A DNA stretch of 64,000 bases from Methyloversatilis universalis (GTDB lineage Bacteria > Pseudomonadota > Gammaproteobacteria > Methylococcales > Methylococcaceae): contig DYIL01000002.1 in NCBI GenBank assembly GCA_020723665.1, positions 40,188 to 104,187 of the forward strand, written 5' to 3'. Made by a program: the position numbers and the translations under genes. How positions within the stretch are numbered: position 1 is the stretch's first letter; each line of letters begins with the position of its first letter. This document shows positions 26,731 through 36,364 of the stretch, piece after piece. The notes beneath the pieces are model-generated. The model was not told the origin of the DNA and made no database searches. It saw only the letters and a program-made list of their open reading frames with translations.

Positions 26731-26955
26731 TCCACTTGTTCAGAGCTTCCTTAACGGCTGAGGAGTCGGGAAATTTTCCTTTTTTTGAAGCGCTTTACCT
26801 GAAACCTTGACGGAATCATGCGGCTTTTCTACGCTGCCTTTCTCCGAGAAACCCGCTCGAATTTGAAAGTTTTTCACCCCACCCCCGAATGGGCTCAGCA
26901 GAGCCCGCTTTCGTTTCTCGGAAAAACCCAACTCGCGCCCCGGCTGTCAAAAATC

Positions 26956-28359
26956 ATGCACGAGAGTCTTAGTTTACGTTTTCGTCTCAACCTGATGATC
27001 GTGCTTACCATGCTCGCCATACTCGGCTTGGGTACCGTGTTCGCCGTTCACAACGCCCGCCGATCGGTAGCGGAGGAGATCGGCTCCACGGTCAATCTGG
27101 CCCTGCAGTTGATTGAAGTCAGCTTGTCCGAAAACCGAAATTCCGCGGATTCGCTCGGGAACTGGTTCTCTCAGCTGAACCGACTGGACAAGACCCGTCA
27201 TCTCCGTATTCAAGTTCGCCGGATTCCAGATAGAGTCGATGGACGCAGGTTTGAATCGCCGCAAGACGAGGCCAGTCTTATCGACCTGGCTGCGCGCGGG
27301 AATCAGCGCACATCCGAAGTACCCGGCTGGTTTGCCTGGGCGGTCAGGCCCAATTCCATCGTTGCCGAAAAACGAGTTGAGACTACCGGCGACGAGGCTA
27401 TCAGCATTTTCATCGAAGCCAACCCTGAAGACGAAATCGCCGAAGCTTGGAATGAAGCGCTGGGCTTTTTGACGCTCATCGCCGTTCTCGCGGTAACGAT
27501 TTATGCGGTGGTTCACATCACCGTGGGCAGAGCCTTTCGCTGCGTCGGCGTCATTCTGGATGGTCTCGAAGATATCGAGCGAGGCGATTACGGCCGGCGC
27601 TTGCCGGGCTTTTCCTTACCCGAGTTCGCACGGATCTCCCAGGCCTTCAACCACATGGCCTCGACCCTCGAAAAAGCACGCGACGAAAACCGGGCGCTCA
27701 CGCAACAATCCCTGGCCATACAGGAAGAAGAACGACGCTATCTGGCTCAGGAACTTCACGACGAACTGGGGCAGTCGTTGAGTGCCATCAAAGTCATGGC
27801 CGCCTCCTTGCGCAAACGCGACGGCCATCCTCAGGATAACGAAGCGATTGAGCGCATCATGGCCGTTTGCGATCGTCTTTTCGGCGTGGTACGGGGAATG
27901 ATGCGCCGTCTGCGCCCCCTCATACTGGATGAACTGGGGCTGATCGCTTCGCTGGATGATCTCATCGAGAACTGGCGCAGCCGTAATCCCGGCGTCAGTC
28001 TGCACTTCGACTGCGACGACGATGTCGAAGAGTATGTCGGCGCGGCGAAGATCCACCTGTTCCGCATCATTCAGGAATGCCTTACGAATATCGTCAAGCA
28101 TGCCGAAGCCGACAGCGTTCGGATAGAGCTTCGGATCAAGGAGACCGAAGAGAATGAACAGCATGCCCGAAACCGGATTCAGCTCAGAATCATCGACAAC
28201 GGATGCGGATTCGATTCGAATCAGCCCAGACGCGGCTTCGGCTTGCTCGGCATTCGCGAGCGAGTTGCGAGTCTAGGCGGGCAGTTCCAACTCCGAACCA
28301 AGCCCGGCGAAGGCGTGTCTCTCGAAGTCTGCGTACCCTGCGGAGAAATATTTCCATGA
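26956..28359 (+). CDS. Sensor histidine kinase, HAMP + HisKA_3 (NarX/LiaS type); MxaY-like by position
   Basis: Start at MHESLSLRFRLNLMIVLTMLAILGLG. Two TM helices flank a periplasmic domain of about 170 aa. H-box is YLAQELHDELGQSLSAIK. ATPase G-boxes are DNGCGF and GFGLLGIRERV. Confidence 0.85.
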   Translation: MHESLSLRFRLNLMIVLTMLAILGLGTVFAVHNARRSVAEEIGSTVNLALQLIEVSLSENRNSADSLGNWFSQLNRLDKTRHLRIQVRRIPDRVDGRRFESPQDEASLIDLAARGNQRTSEVPGWFAWAVRPNSIVAEKRVETTGDEAISIFIEANPEDEIAEAWNEALGFLTLIAVLAVTIYAVVHITVGRAFRCVGVILDGLEDIERGDYGRRLPGFSLPEFARISQAFNHMASTLEKARDENRALTQQSLAIQEEERRYLAQELHDELGQSLSAIKVMAASLRKRDGHPQDNEAIERIMAVCDRLFGVVRGMMRRLRPLILDELGLIASLDDLIENWRSRNPGVSLHFDCDDDVEEYVGAAKIHLFRIIQECLTNIVKHAEADSVRIELRIKETEENEQHARNRIQLRIIDNGCGFDSNQPRRGFGLLGIRERVASLGGQFQLRTKPGEGVSLEVCVPCGEIFP

Positions 28360-29003
28360 ATCCGAAAATCACCGTCATGCTAGTCGACGACCATGCCGTG
28401 GTTCGCGCCGGCTATCGACTCTTGCTGTCCCAAAGCGAGAATATCGAGGTGGTCTGCGAAGCGGAACGCGGCGAGGAAGCCTGCCAGTATTATACCGAGT
28501 GGCAGCCCGATGTCATCGTCATGGACCTAAGCCTTCCGGGAATCGGCGGACTCGCCTCGATCCGGCGCATTTCGAGCCGCGATCCGGGCGCCAAGATACT
28601 GGTGTTCAGCATCCACGATGAGCTGGTCTATGTTCTCAGGGCGTTGGAGTCCGGCGCCAAGGGTTACATCACCAAGAGCAGCGCCCCCGAGACCTTGGTC
28701 GAAGCGGTGAAAAAAGTGGCCGGCGGAGAAACCTATGTAGAACCCGAGATCGCGCAAAAGCTCCTGGCGCAAACCATCGCCGGAAAGGATGCCGCCACGG
28801 ATTTGAACGCGCTGTCGGCGCGCGAATTCGACGTGTTTTGCCTGCTGGCCAAAGGTTACACGACGCGAGAGGTCGCCGACGAACTTCGTCTCAGCTATAA
28901 AACCGTCGGCAATTACACGACCCTGATCAAAAACAAACTCAATGTGAGCACCACCGCGGAAATGGCTCGACTCGCCTATCAGTACGGGCTGCTCAAAGCC
29001 TAA
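28356..29003 (+). CDS. NarL/LuxR-family response regulator; MxaB-like by position
   Basis: 215 aa. REC domain (VMLVDDHAVVRAGY...VIVMDLSLPG) and a C-terminal LuxR HTH (LSAREFDVFCLLAKGYTTREVADELRLSYKTVGNY). ATGA overlap with the kinase stop. Confidence 0.88.
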   Translation: MNPKITVMLVDDHAVVRAGYRLLLSQSENIEVVCEAERGEEACQYYTEWQPDVIVMDLSLPGIGGLASIRRISSRDPGAKILVFSIHDELVYVLRALESGAKGYITKSSAPETLVEAVKKVAGGETYVEPEIAQKLLAQTIAGKDAATDLNALSAREFDVFCLLAKGYTTREVADELRLSYKTVGNYTTLIKNKLNVSTTAEMARLAYQYGLLKA

Positions 29004-29081
29004 AGATCGGGAATTTTTCCCATACTCCGTCCTTACGAACTCCCTTACCATTTGCGGTTCCGCTGAATCTGTGGGGGTTTT

Positions 29082-31397
29082 ATGCTTATAAGAAGAATAC
29101 GTTACACGGGAACCTCGCTGCTGGTTCTCGTCGGCACAGGGGTTGCCGTTGCCGCGGAAAGCGACGACGGAAGCATCGATCTGGGCACGATCGAAATCGT
29201 GGGCGAAACACCGCTGATGGTATCGGGCGTGCCGGCTAACAAGATTCCCGCGCTCGTGCAATCGGCCACATCCGAGCAGCTGAATCAATTTCAGAGCGTT
29301 TCTCTGGCGGACTACATGCGTTGGAACTTCGGCAGTGTCAACGTCAACGACGCCCAAAACAACCCCTTCCAGCCCGACGTTCAGTTCAGAGGCTTTACCG
29401 CGTCGCCGCTGCTCGGATTGCCCCAAGGCTTGTCCGTGTACGTGAACGGTATCCGTTTCAACGAACCGTTCGGCGATACCGTCAACTGGGATCTGATCCC
29501 GGAAGGCGCCATCGAAAGAATGACGCTGCACTCCGGCTCGAACGCGGTGTACGGCTTGAACAGTCTGGGCGGAGCTATTTCAATGCGTACCAAGACGGGC
29601 TTCACCGCGCCCGGACATACGCTCGAAGTGGCGGGCGGATCCTGGGGCCGGCACTGGCAGGAAGTTACTAGCGGCGGGAATGACGGCACCCTCGGTTATT
29701 TCATCGACCTCAAGAGCTTTTACGAAGACGGCTGGCGCGATTTTTCGCCCACCGACGTCAAGCAGGGATTCGGCACGTTCAGTTGGCAAGACGAACGTTC
29801 CAAACTCAATCTGACCCTGGCTTCCAATAACAATCGGATGATCGGCAACGGGCCGCTGCCGCTCCAATTGGCCAAGAAAGACCCGGAAGCGATTTTCACC
29901 CATCCGGACCGTACCATCACGCGCTTGTTTTTGGCCTCTTTGGACGGCAGCACCTGGCTCACCGACAACTTGGAGTTGTCAGGCAACGCTTATTTCCGGC
30001 AAAACCGGATCAAGACTTTTAACGGCGACGATTCCGACTTCAAGGAGTGCGAGGACGACGAAAACGAAGGTTTCCTCTGCGCGGAAGAAGGCGACGAGGA
30101 GGAGATCGTCGAAGATGTCAACGGCAATGAGGTCTTGGCCGGCGATGCCGTCGAAGGCGCGACCAACAACACCAGCCAAACCCACCAGCGCAGTTACGGC
30201 GGCAGCCTACAGGGCGCATTCGAACACGATATGTTTGGCATGCACAACCGCATCGTCGCCGGCGGTAGCTACGACGAGGCACGCATTCATTTCAGCGCGG
30301 ACACCGAACTCGCTTCGCTTACCGATGATCGGGGCACCATCGGCAGCGGACTCTTGGTGAACGAATCGCGGGTGAGGGTTCATGCCCGTGTCCGCCACCA
30401 CGGAATTTATTTCAGCGACACCTTGTCGGTGACCGATAAGCTGGCGGTGACGGCCGCGGGGCGCTACAACCTCTCGTTCATCCGGCTCGACGACCGATAC
30501 GGGGAAGAATTGAACGGCTTTCACAAATTTGAACGCTTCAATCCGTCGGCGGGTCTTACTTATGCCTTTTTACCGGAATTCACGGCTTACGGCAGCTACA
30601 GTGAATCGAACCGCGCTCCGACGCCGGTAGAGCTCACCTGTGCGAACCCTGAGGCCCCTTGTAAGCTACCGAACGCATTTCTTGCCGACCCGCCGCTCGA
30701 CCAGGTCGTGGCCAAGACCTGGGAGGCTGGTTTCCGGGGCGAATTCGCGCAACCGTGGGGAGGGAAAATCAACTGGAGCGCCGGCGTGTTCCAGACCGAA
30801 AACCACGACGACATTCTCTTCATCAGCAGCGGCAATCTTACCAACCAGGGCTATTTCGACAACGTCGGAACCACCCGCCGCAGGGGCATCGAACTGGGAC
30901 TCTCCGGGGCGTTCGAGCGGGTGCGGTTCGGAATCAATTACACACTGCTCGATGCCACCTTCCGTACTCCGTTTCTTGCCAGCAGCCCAAACAACCCTAA
31001 CGCAAACGAGCAAGGACAAATCCCGGTTGAGAAAGGCGACCGCATTCCCGGTCTTCCGAAGCACATGCTGAAAGTCTCCACGGATGTCGAAATCTTCAAG
31101 GGATTGGTCGTCGGCGCCAACATGATCTTCAATAGCGGTCAATACTTTCGCGGCGACGAGGCCAATCTCGACCAACCGCTGGACGAATACGCCGTATTCA
31201 ACCTGCATGGCGAATACCGGTTGAACGAGCATGTAGCCCTGTTCACCCGGATCGACAACTTGTTCGACAAGCGCTACTACACGTTCGGACTGTATGGCGA
31301 AGCGGACGATGTGCTAGGCGACCAGTTCACCGATCCGCGCTTCGTAGGCATCGGTGCGCCCAGGGCCGGATGGGTCGGGCTCAAGCTTTCCCTGTGA
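29082..31397 (+). CDS. TonB-dependent outer-membrane receptor
   Basis: 771 aa. Signal peptide, TonB-box-like LGTIEIVGE, plug (DVQFRGFTASPLLGLPQGLSVYVNGIRFNEPFGDTVNWDLIP) and a long beta-barrel. Has an unusual acidic Cys-flanked loop, CEDDENEGFLCAEEGDEEEIVED. Confidence 0.88.
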   Translation: MLIRRIRYTGTSLLVLVGTGVAVAAESDDGSIDLGTIEIVGETPLMVSGVPANKIPALVQSATSEQLNQFQSVSLADYMRWNFGSVNVNDAQNNPFQPDVQFRGFTASPLLGLPQGLSVYVNGIRFNEPFGDTVNWDLIPEGAIERMTLHSGSNAVYGLNSLGGAISMRTKTGFTAPGHTLEVAGGSWGRHWQEVTSGGNDGTLGYFIDLKSFYEDGWRDFSPTDVKQGFGTFSWQDERSKLNLTLASNNNRMIGNGPLPLQLAKKDPEAIFTHPDRTITRLFLASLDGSTWLTDNLELSGNAYFRQNRIKTFNGDDSDFKECEDDENEGFLCAEEGDEEEIVEDVNGNEVLAGDAVEGATNNTSQTHQRSYGGSLQGAFEHDMFGMHNRIVAGGSYDEARIHFSADTELASLTDDRGTIGSGLLVNESRVRVHARVRHHGIYFSDTLSVTDKLAVTAAGRYNLSFIRLDDRYGEELNGFHKFERFNPSAGLTYAFLPEFTAYGSYSESNRAPTPVELTCANPEAPCKLPNAFLADPPLDQVVAKTWEAGFRGEFAQPWGGKINWSAGVFQTENHDDILFISSGNLTNQGYFDNVGTTRRRGIELGLSGAFERVRFGINYTLLDATFRTPFLASSPNNPNANEQGQIPVEKGDRIPGLPKHMLKVSTDVEIFKGLVVGANMIFNSGQYFRGDEANLDQPLDEYAVFNLHGEYRLNEHVALFTRIDNLFDKRYYTFGLYGEADDVLGDQFTDPRFVGIGAPRAGWVGLKLSL

Positions 31398-31590
31398 CTT
31401 CGTGTATTCACCGTCCGTCGTTTTACACATTGTTTTTCGGGAGGTTATAACCGAAGGGCTATTCGATTCATAATAAGGTCTTATGACAAGAATTGGCATA
31501 AATATGTATACTTTATACCAACTTCAACAGAACTTGGTGTGATTTAGTTCGATCCGTCGATTGAGTCCGGCCGAAAGTTCTCCTCCTCTT

Positions 31591-31616
31591 GGCGACCCTA
31601 GTGGTCGCTTTTTTTT
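31591..31616 (+). terminator. Intrinsic terminator preceded by a CU-rich motif
   Basis: gGCGACCctagtGGTCGC followed by TTTTTTTT. Directly preceded by TTCTCCTCCTCTT (31578-31590). Confidence 0.7.
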
Positions 31617-31631
31617 GGCCTCCAACCGGAC

Positions 31632-31656
31632 AAAAAAAAGCCCGCTTGATGCGGGC
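31632..31656 (-). terminator. Intrinsic terminator (minus strand)
   Basis: The plus strand reads AAAAAAAA-GCCCGCttgatGCGGGC, so the minus strand has a hairpin followed by U8. Confidence 0.65.
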
Positions 31657-31804
31657 AGTATCATTATTGTTATTGTTGTAGCGTAATGCGTCGACCATCA
31701 TTGGCGGCGCACCTTATTAGTGCTCTTATATTAATTATATGCCCCAGAAGGGGACTTTCCTCCTCTTTGACGACTCTATGTTTTCGCGCTTCGTCCGTAA
31801 AGCT

Positions 31805-31847
31805 GGGCACAGTCTAAAGAAAAAAATTCCTGTGTCCACTCTTTTTT
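31805..31847 (+). terminator. Possible weaker terminator downstream of the second CU-rich motif
   Basis: GGGCACAG..17-nt loop..CTGTG(T)CC then actcTTTTTT. The CU motif TTTCCTCCTCTTT is at 31757-31768. Confidence 0.35.
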
Positions 31848-31993
31848 ACTCGGCTCCTACGCTCTCAATATCCAAGAAAATTTTACCTTTAAAATCCGAA
31901 ACATAATTCAATTGGAAAAGAAGAATCTTCTAATAACCAACCACGATACTCAGGATTTGAGTAGCGATAAGTATCCGCTTTGTTTCCCAAAAT

Positions 31994-32012
31994 GAACGCT
32001 TCGTTAGCGTTC
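31994..32012 (-). terminator. Possible terminator of the Mla/MCE-like operon
   Basis: 7-bp stem (GAACGCT/AGCGTTC on the plus strand), 18 nt after the lipoprotein stop. The minus strand follows with AUUUUGGG, only a short U run. Confidence 0.35.
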
Positions 32013-32029
32013 CCGCTGTCGAAAACCGC

Positions 32030-32614
32030 TCAACGGGCGCCCAAGGAGGTCTCACGCGCGAGATCCATTTCGTCGATCCAGGTTCGAACTCCTGCTATGG
32101 CATCATCGGCCAAATTGGCTAAAGACGCCACAGCTCCGGCGGCATCGGGGCTAGGAGAGATCCTGTCGAGCACGAACGTCCGCTCGGCGAGCGGTTTCCT
32201 GCTGCCGAGATCGTAAACCGAGGCGCGAAAACGGATCAGTCCCCTGGCAAGGTCGGGTCGCTCGAAAATATGCTCGAACGCCTGGAGTTCGATTCGAATG
32301 CCAAACGGCCCGCCGTCGCCCGAAAGGCTGAAGCGTAGCGCCAGGAGGTCCGGCGGCGGCGCGATCCAGCGATCCAAAGTGTACACACCCACGCGGGTAG
32401 GATCGGAATAGGCCAAGCGATAGCGAATTCGGTCATCCTTCAGCCACTCCGGAGCCGTGACGCGCACCGAAGACCACGGCGCGGGCACGCGGTATGAGGG
32501 GCTGGACAATGGCCCCAGGTCATGCAGCCTTGCCGGCGACGATCTTTCCGGCACGACACCACAGCCAGAGGCGAGTAGCACCAATAGAAACAGCTTTGCG
32601 AAACGTTTCGTCAT
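32030..32614 (-). CDS. ABC-transport auxiliary lipoprotein (PqiC/YmbA-like, DUF330-type)
   Basis: 194 aa with lipobox LLVLLASGC. Downstream of the MCE protein with an ATGA overlap. Confidence 0.6.
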   Translation of the reverse strand: MTKRFAKLFLLVLLASGCGVVPERSSPARLHDLGPLSSPSYRVPAPWSSVRVTAPEWLKDDRIRYRLAYSDPTRVGVYTLDRWIAPPPDLLALRFSLSGDGGPFGIRIELQAFEHIFERPDLARGLIRFRASVYDLGSRKPLAERTFVLDRISPSPDAAGAVASLANLADDAIAGVRTWIDEMDLARETSLGAR

Positions 32615-33525
32615 TTAGGCTCCCGAAAACCAGGTTCTCCCGGCCCAGGTACTTGTTTGGGCGGACCGAGTAACAAAATCCGCGGGTCGTCTCTCAACAT
32701 ATCGGATAGATTCCGAATGTTGACGGCGATCGAACGGGTCTCGTCGAGCAACGCATTCACCTTGGGTAGAGTGGTCTCGACAATCACTTCGCCCGCCGAG
32801 TTACCGGCGGCGATCAGATCTTCCGTGGTTTTCGCAAGGCTCCGAATTTCCTTGACGGTGGTTCCCAAATCAGCGGTGAGGCGAGAAATTCCCGCCATCA
32901 TGCGCTGCGCCTCCCCGGCCAGCGCCGGCATCTCCGCGAGCATATCGTCCATACTTTCTTCCAATGTCGCCAATTGTTCGGCGGCGATCGCAACCGCCTC
33001 CAGAATGCGCTGAATCCGCTCGCGATTGCCCTCGTTCAGCACGCTGTTGAGCCGGTCCGCCAATATGCCGAGCTGGGTGAGGATGTCTTGCCCCGATTCG
33101 GTCAGCTTGTCGAACAACGAGGGTCGTAGTGGAATGCGTGCAGGATCGTCGGGATCCGTCGGCAAAAGGTCCTGTTGTTCACCGGTGTCGAACAATTCCA
33201 CCTGAGCCAAGCCGGTCAGTGCCTGAACGCGTAACTTGGCATAGGTTCCGCGGGTGATCGGAAGATCCTTATTCAGTTCGACCCTGACGAGAATGTTCCG
33301 CCGGTCCTCGGGATCGAAATTGATTGAAGAGACTTTACCGGCATTCACGCCGCGATAAAGAACGGTGGATTCGGGGTTGAGTCCCGAAACGGAGCCCTGA
33401 GTGACGACATAGTAGCTGTTGTATTCTTCGCCGTAGTTGCCCAGCCACAAGGCGACGATGATCGATGCTGCACCCAGAACGACTACGAACAATCCCGTCA
33501 GGAATGCATAACTCTCTCTACCCAT
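32611..33525 (-). CDS. MCE/MlaD-family substrate-binding membrane protein
   Basis: Start at MGRESYAFLTGLFVVVLGAASIIVALWL (TM anchor). MCE core is YYVVTQGSVSGLNPESTVLYRGVNAGKVSSINF. Long helical C-terminal region. Confidence 0.8.
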   Translation of the reverse strand: MGRESYAFLTGLFVVVLGAASIIVALWLGNYGEEYNSYYVVTQGSVSGLNPESTVLYRGVNAGKVSSINFDPEDRRNILVRVELNKDLPITRGTYAKLRVQALTGLAQVELFDTGEQQDLLPTDPDDPARIPLRPSLFDKLTESGQDILTQLGILADRLNSVLNEGNRERIQRILEAVAIAAEQLATLEESMDDMLAEMPALAGEAQRMMAGISRLTADLGTTVKEIRSLAKTTEDLIAAGNSAGEVIVETTLPKVNALLDETRSIAVNIRNLSDMLRDDPRILLLGPPKQVPGPGEPGFREPK

Positions 33526-33526
33526 A

Positions 33527-34306
33527 TCAATCGATCCGCTCGAAGACGCGGTGACCGCGCTTCCCGTGAAAATAATGCTGCGCAAACGGATGTTCGGAAG
33601 CCAGCGCATCCGGAATCGGGCCGCATACGACCAGGCGCTGATCGGCCAACACGCCGACCTTCGTGCATAAGTCTTTCACCGTGTCCAAGTCGTGAGTTAC
33701 CATGACGACAGTAAACCTTAGCTCCCGATGCAGAGCGCTCAACAAATCGACAAATTCCTCGCTCAGCACGGGATCGAGTCCGGATGTAGGCTCGTCGAGG
33801 AACAGCAGTTCCGGCTCCATCACCAGCGCCCGCGCCAATGCGGCGCGCTTGATCATGCCGCCCGACAATTCGGACGGCATCAATAGCCCCGCCTTCTCGC
33901 TCAATCCAACCATCGTGAGTTTCATTCGCACCAAATGATCGATGAGTTCTTCATCGAAAACACGGAATTCACGCAACGGGAATGCGATGTTATCGAACAC
34001 GCTCAAGGCACTGAACAGAGCCCCTCCCTGAAAAAGCACGCCGCAACGGTTGCGGAGCTGTTGATGGCGGCTGACTGCGATCTCTTGTAGACACTCGCCG
34101 AAAAGATAGACTTTGCCGCGGGTCGGCGCCTGAAGCCCGATCATTTCGCGCAGCAAGACCGTTTTTCCGCTTCCCGAACCGCCGACCAAACCGAAAATTT
34201 CCCCCTTGTCCAGGGACAGGCTGATGTCCCGGTGAACCACGTTCTTCCCGAAAGAGGTCCAGATCTGTTCCATTCGGATGACGGGGTCGTCCTTATCGTT
34301 CTCCAT
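33527..34306 (-). CDS. ABC transporter ATP-binding protein (MlaF-like)
   Basis: 259 aa. Walker A GGSGSGKT, signature LSGGMIKR, Walker B LLFLDEP. Confidence 0.9.
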   Translation of the reverse strand: MENDKDDPVIRMEQIWTSFGKNVVHRDISLSLDKGEIFGLVGGSGSGKTVLLREMIGLQAPTRGKVYLFGECLQEIAVSRHQQLRNRCGVLFQGGALFSALSVFDNIAFPLREFRVFDEELIDHLVRMKLTMVGLSEKAGLLMPSELSGGMIKRAALARALVMEPELLFLDEPTSGLDPVLSEEFVDLLSALHRELRFTVVMVTHDLDTVKDLCTKVGVLADQRLVVCGPIPDALASEHPFAQHYFHGKRGHRVFERID

Positions 34307-35442
34307 TACAAACCTATGTTGCGGAAAAGTATCGCGAAAACGGCGTCGATTAAGATGACCAGGGTTATCGACGCGACCACCGAGCGCGTGGTTTCATTGC
34401 TCAGGCTTTCGGTGTTCGGCTCTATGCGCAGGCCGAAATGGCAGGCCAGGAGGGCGATGAACAGCCCAAACACCGCTCCCTTGCCGAATCCGATCGCGAA
34501 ATTGGCCACCGGTACCGCATCGGGCAATTTCATGACAAATTGGTAATAGCCCACCCCTAGTTCGAAATGAGCGGCGATTGCCCCGCCGATCAATGCGACC
34601 GCATCGGTCCAGACGACCAGGAGAGGCAGCGCGATCGCCAATGCAACGACCTTTGGAAAAACGAGGCGTAGCGAACGGGAAATACCGAGAGCTTCGAGCG
34701 CGTCCAATTCCTGAGTGACCCGCATCACGCCGATGCGCGCGGTCATGGCCGACCCCGAGCGCCCCGCCACGAGGATGGCCGCAAGAAGCGGACCCAGTTC
34801 CCGAATGATGCTTAAGCCCAGGATGTTGACGATATAAATTTGCGCACCGAAGGTTTGCAATTGCAGGGACGAAAGATAGCTGACCACGATGCCAATGAGA
34901 AACCCGACCAGGGCGGTAATACCCAAGGCGCGTCCGCCGGTTTCGTGAATCGCGGCCGAAATCTCTCGCCAGGGCACGTCGCTTGGATGGCTCAGCACAT
35001 GCCCCGCATCCAACATCAGTTGTCCGAGTATCGAGACGAGCGACGTCAAATGGTCGACCCCGGCGGAAACAAGGCCGCGAATCCGCTCGCCGACGGGCTT
35101 AGGATGCCGGACTATGGGCTCGAAGGACCTTAAAGACCAATTCTGTAAGCGAGTGAAGGTAGACGCCTGTTCAGGCCGCAAATGGAGCTTGTCGGGGAGG
35201 CGTCCACCCCAGGCTCGCCAAAGCAAAAAGGCCCCGGCACTGTCCAAGGCGGCGACGTCGCGGATATCCCACTCCCATGCTTCATCGCGGGCATAGTCTT
35301 TTAGTTGCTCGCGAAGGTGACGGCTATCTGCCGAAAGGCCCCGCAGATTCCAGCCCCCCTTCAGCCTGAGAATATATCGGTCCGATATCGTTATTTTTTC
35401 GATAGACGGCGTGAATCCCTGATCGGGCGACTGCTGTACCAT
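34306..35442 (-). CDS. MlaE-family ABC permease with an N-terminal STAS (MlaB-like) domain
   Basis: 378 aa. The N-terminal ~100 aa are STAS-like (ILRLKGGWNL..., VAALDSAGAFLLWRAW). The C-terminal polytopic MlaE-like core contains RELGPLLAAILVAGRSGSAMTA. Confidence 0.8.
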   Translation of the reverse strand: MVQQSPDQGFTPSIEKITISDRYILRLKGGWNLRGLSADSRHLREQLKDYARDEAWEWDIRDVAALDSAGAFLLWRAWGGRLPDKLHLRPEQASTFTRLQNWSLRSFEPIVRHPKPVGERIRGLVSAGVDHLTSLVSILGQLMLDAGHVLSHPSDVPWREISAAIHETGGRALGITALVGFLIGIVVSYLSSLQLQTFGAQIYIVNILGLSIIRELGPLLAAILVAGRSGSAMTARIGVMRVTQELDALEALGISRSLRLVFPKVVALAIALPLLVVWTDAVALIGGAIAAHFELGVGYYQFVMKLPDAVPVANFAIGFGKGAVFGLFIALLACHFGLRIEPNTESLSNETTRSVVASITLVILIDAVFAILFRNIGL

Positions 35443-35521
35443 AACGGGTATTCAACCGCCTTTGGGGGCCGCCGACAAGGCTGCGGCCCCATGGGCATCG
35501 AGACGAGAACGAAGAGACGCG

Positions 35522-36346
35522 TCAGTGCCCTGCGGGTTGTGCCGGCCTGTCGCCGAAAACCCGCATCAAGCCTGCGATTATGGCGAGCGTTGCGAGGTAG
35601 AACAGAATTTGCACACCATCCGGCCGGGCAACGTAACCGACCAGGGTATGTAAGACCTGCCCGATCAAGCTGTCTTCCGACAGCCAATTGGACGTATTCC
35701 ACACCTCGCGGCCCAAGGGAGGAAGCAGATCGGCCTGCACCAAATAGGCCGCTCCCTGCGAAGCCAGACCGGCAGCCAGGAATAATATGAGCCAACTGGT
35801 AACCTTGAATAGATAACGCGTAGGAATGCGCAGCAAGCCGTAATACATCGCCAAACCCGCCGTGGTGCCCAGCGAAATGCCGACCATCCCGCCCGCCAGC
35901 ATGGAACCCGTCTGGTTTTCGCCCGCCGATGCGATCCCGTACAAGAAGAGAACGACTTCCGAACCTTCCCGCAGCATCGCGAGCCCGACTACGATCGCCA
36001 GGGCATAGAGCGGTCGATCGCCCGACAGCACGGCTTTACCCACGCGAGTCATCTCCAGTGCAAGCTCTCGCCCGTGGCGCTGCATCCAGATGTTGTGCCA
36101 ACCGAGCATCGCGACCGCCGTGAACAACACGACTGCGTTGAAAAGGTCCTGTCCGATACCCGATGCCGCCTCCGCGAGCGTGTCGGCAAAAGCCGCGACT
36201 ACCAAGGCGCCCACGATTCCGCCCCCGACGCCGCTCCAGATCCACCACCCTCGAGCGGCGACGCCGCGGCTGGCCGCCATGACGATGCTGATCACAAGCG
36301 CGGCTTCGATCACCTCGCGAAAAACGATGATTGCAGTGGCTAACAT
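35522..36346 (-). CDS. FTR1/EfeU-family high-affinity iron permease
   Basis: 274 aa, 7 TM segments, with two REXXE motifs (FREVIEA, LREGSEV). Confidence 0.85.
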   Translation of the reverse strand: MLATAIIVFREVIEAALVISIVMAASRGVAARGWWIWSGVGGGIVGALVVAAFADTLAEAASGIGQDLFNAVVLFTAVAMLGWHNIWMQRHGRELALEMTRVGKAVLSGDRPLYALAIVVGLAMLREGSEVVLFLYGIASAGENQTGSMLAGGMVGISLGTTAGLAMYYGLLRIPTRYLFKVTSWLILFLAAGLASQGAAYLVQADLLPPLGREVWNTSNWLSEDSLIGQVLHTLVGYVARPDGVQILFYLATLAIIAGLMRVFGDRPAQPAGH

Positions 36347-36364
36347 GTTCTGACCAGTGTTGCG

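Noticed and set aside
28527-29531. Minus-strand ORF of 334 aa spanning the response regulator and TonB-receptor junction.
   Set aside because: It crosses an intergenic gap and is antisense to two well-supported genes. No domain-like sequence.
32075-32095. tRNA T-arm-like GGTTCGAACTCC.
   Set aside because: It lies inside the well-supported lipoprotein CDS on the opposite strand. No acceptor or anticodon arms could be built around it.
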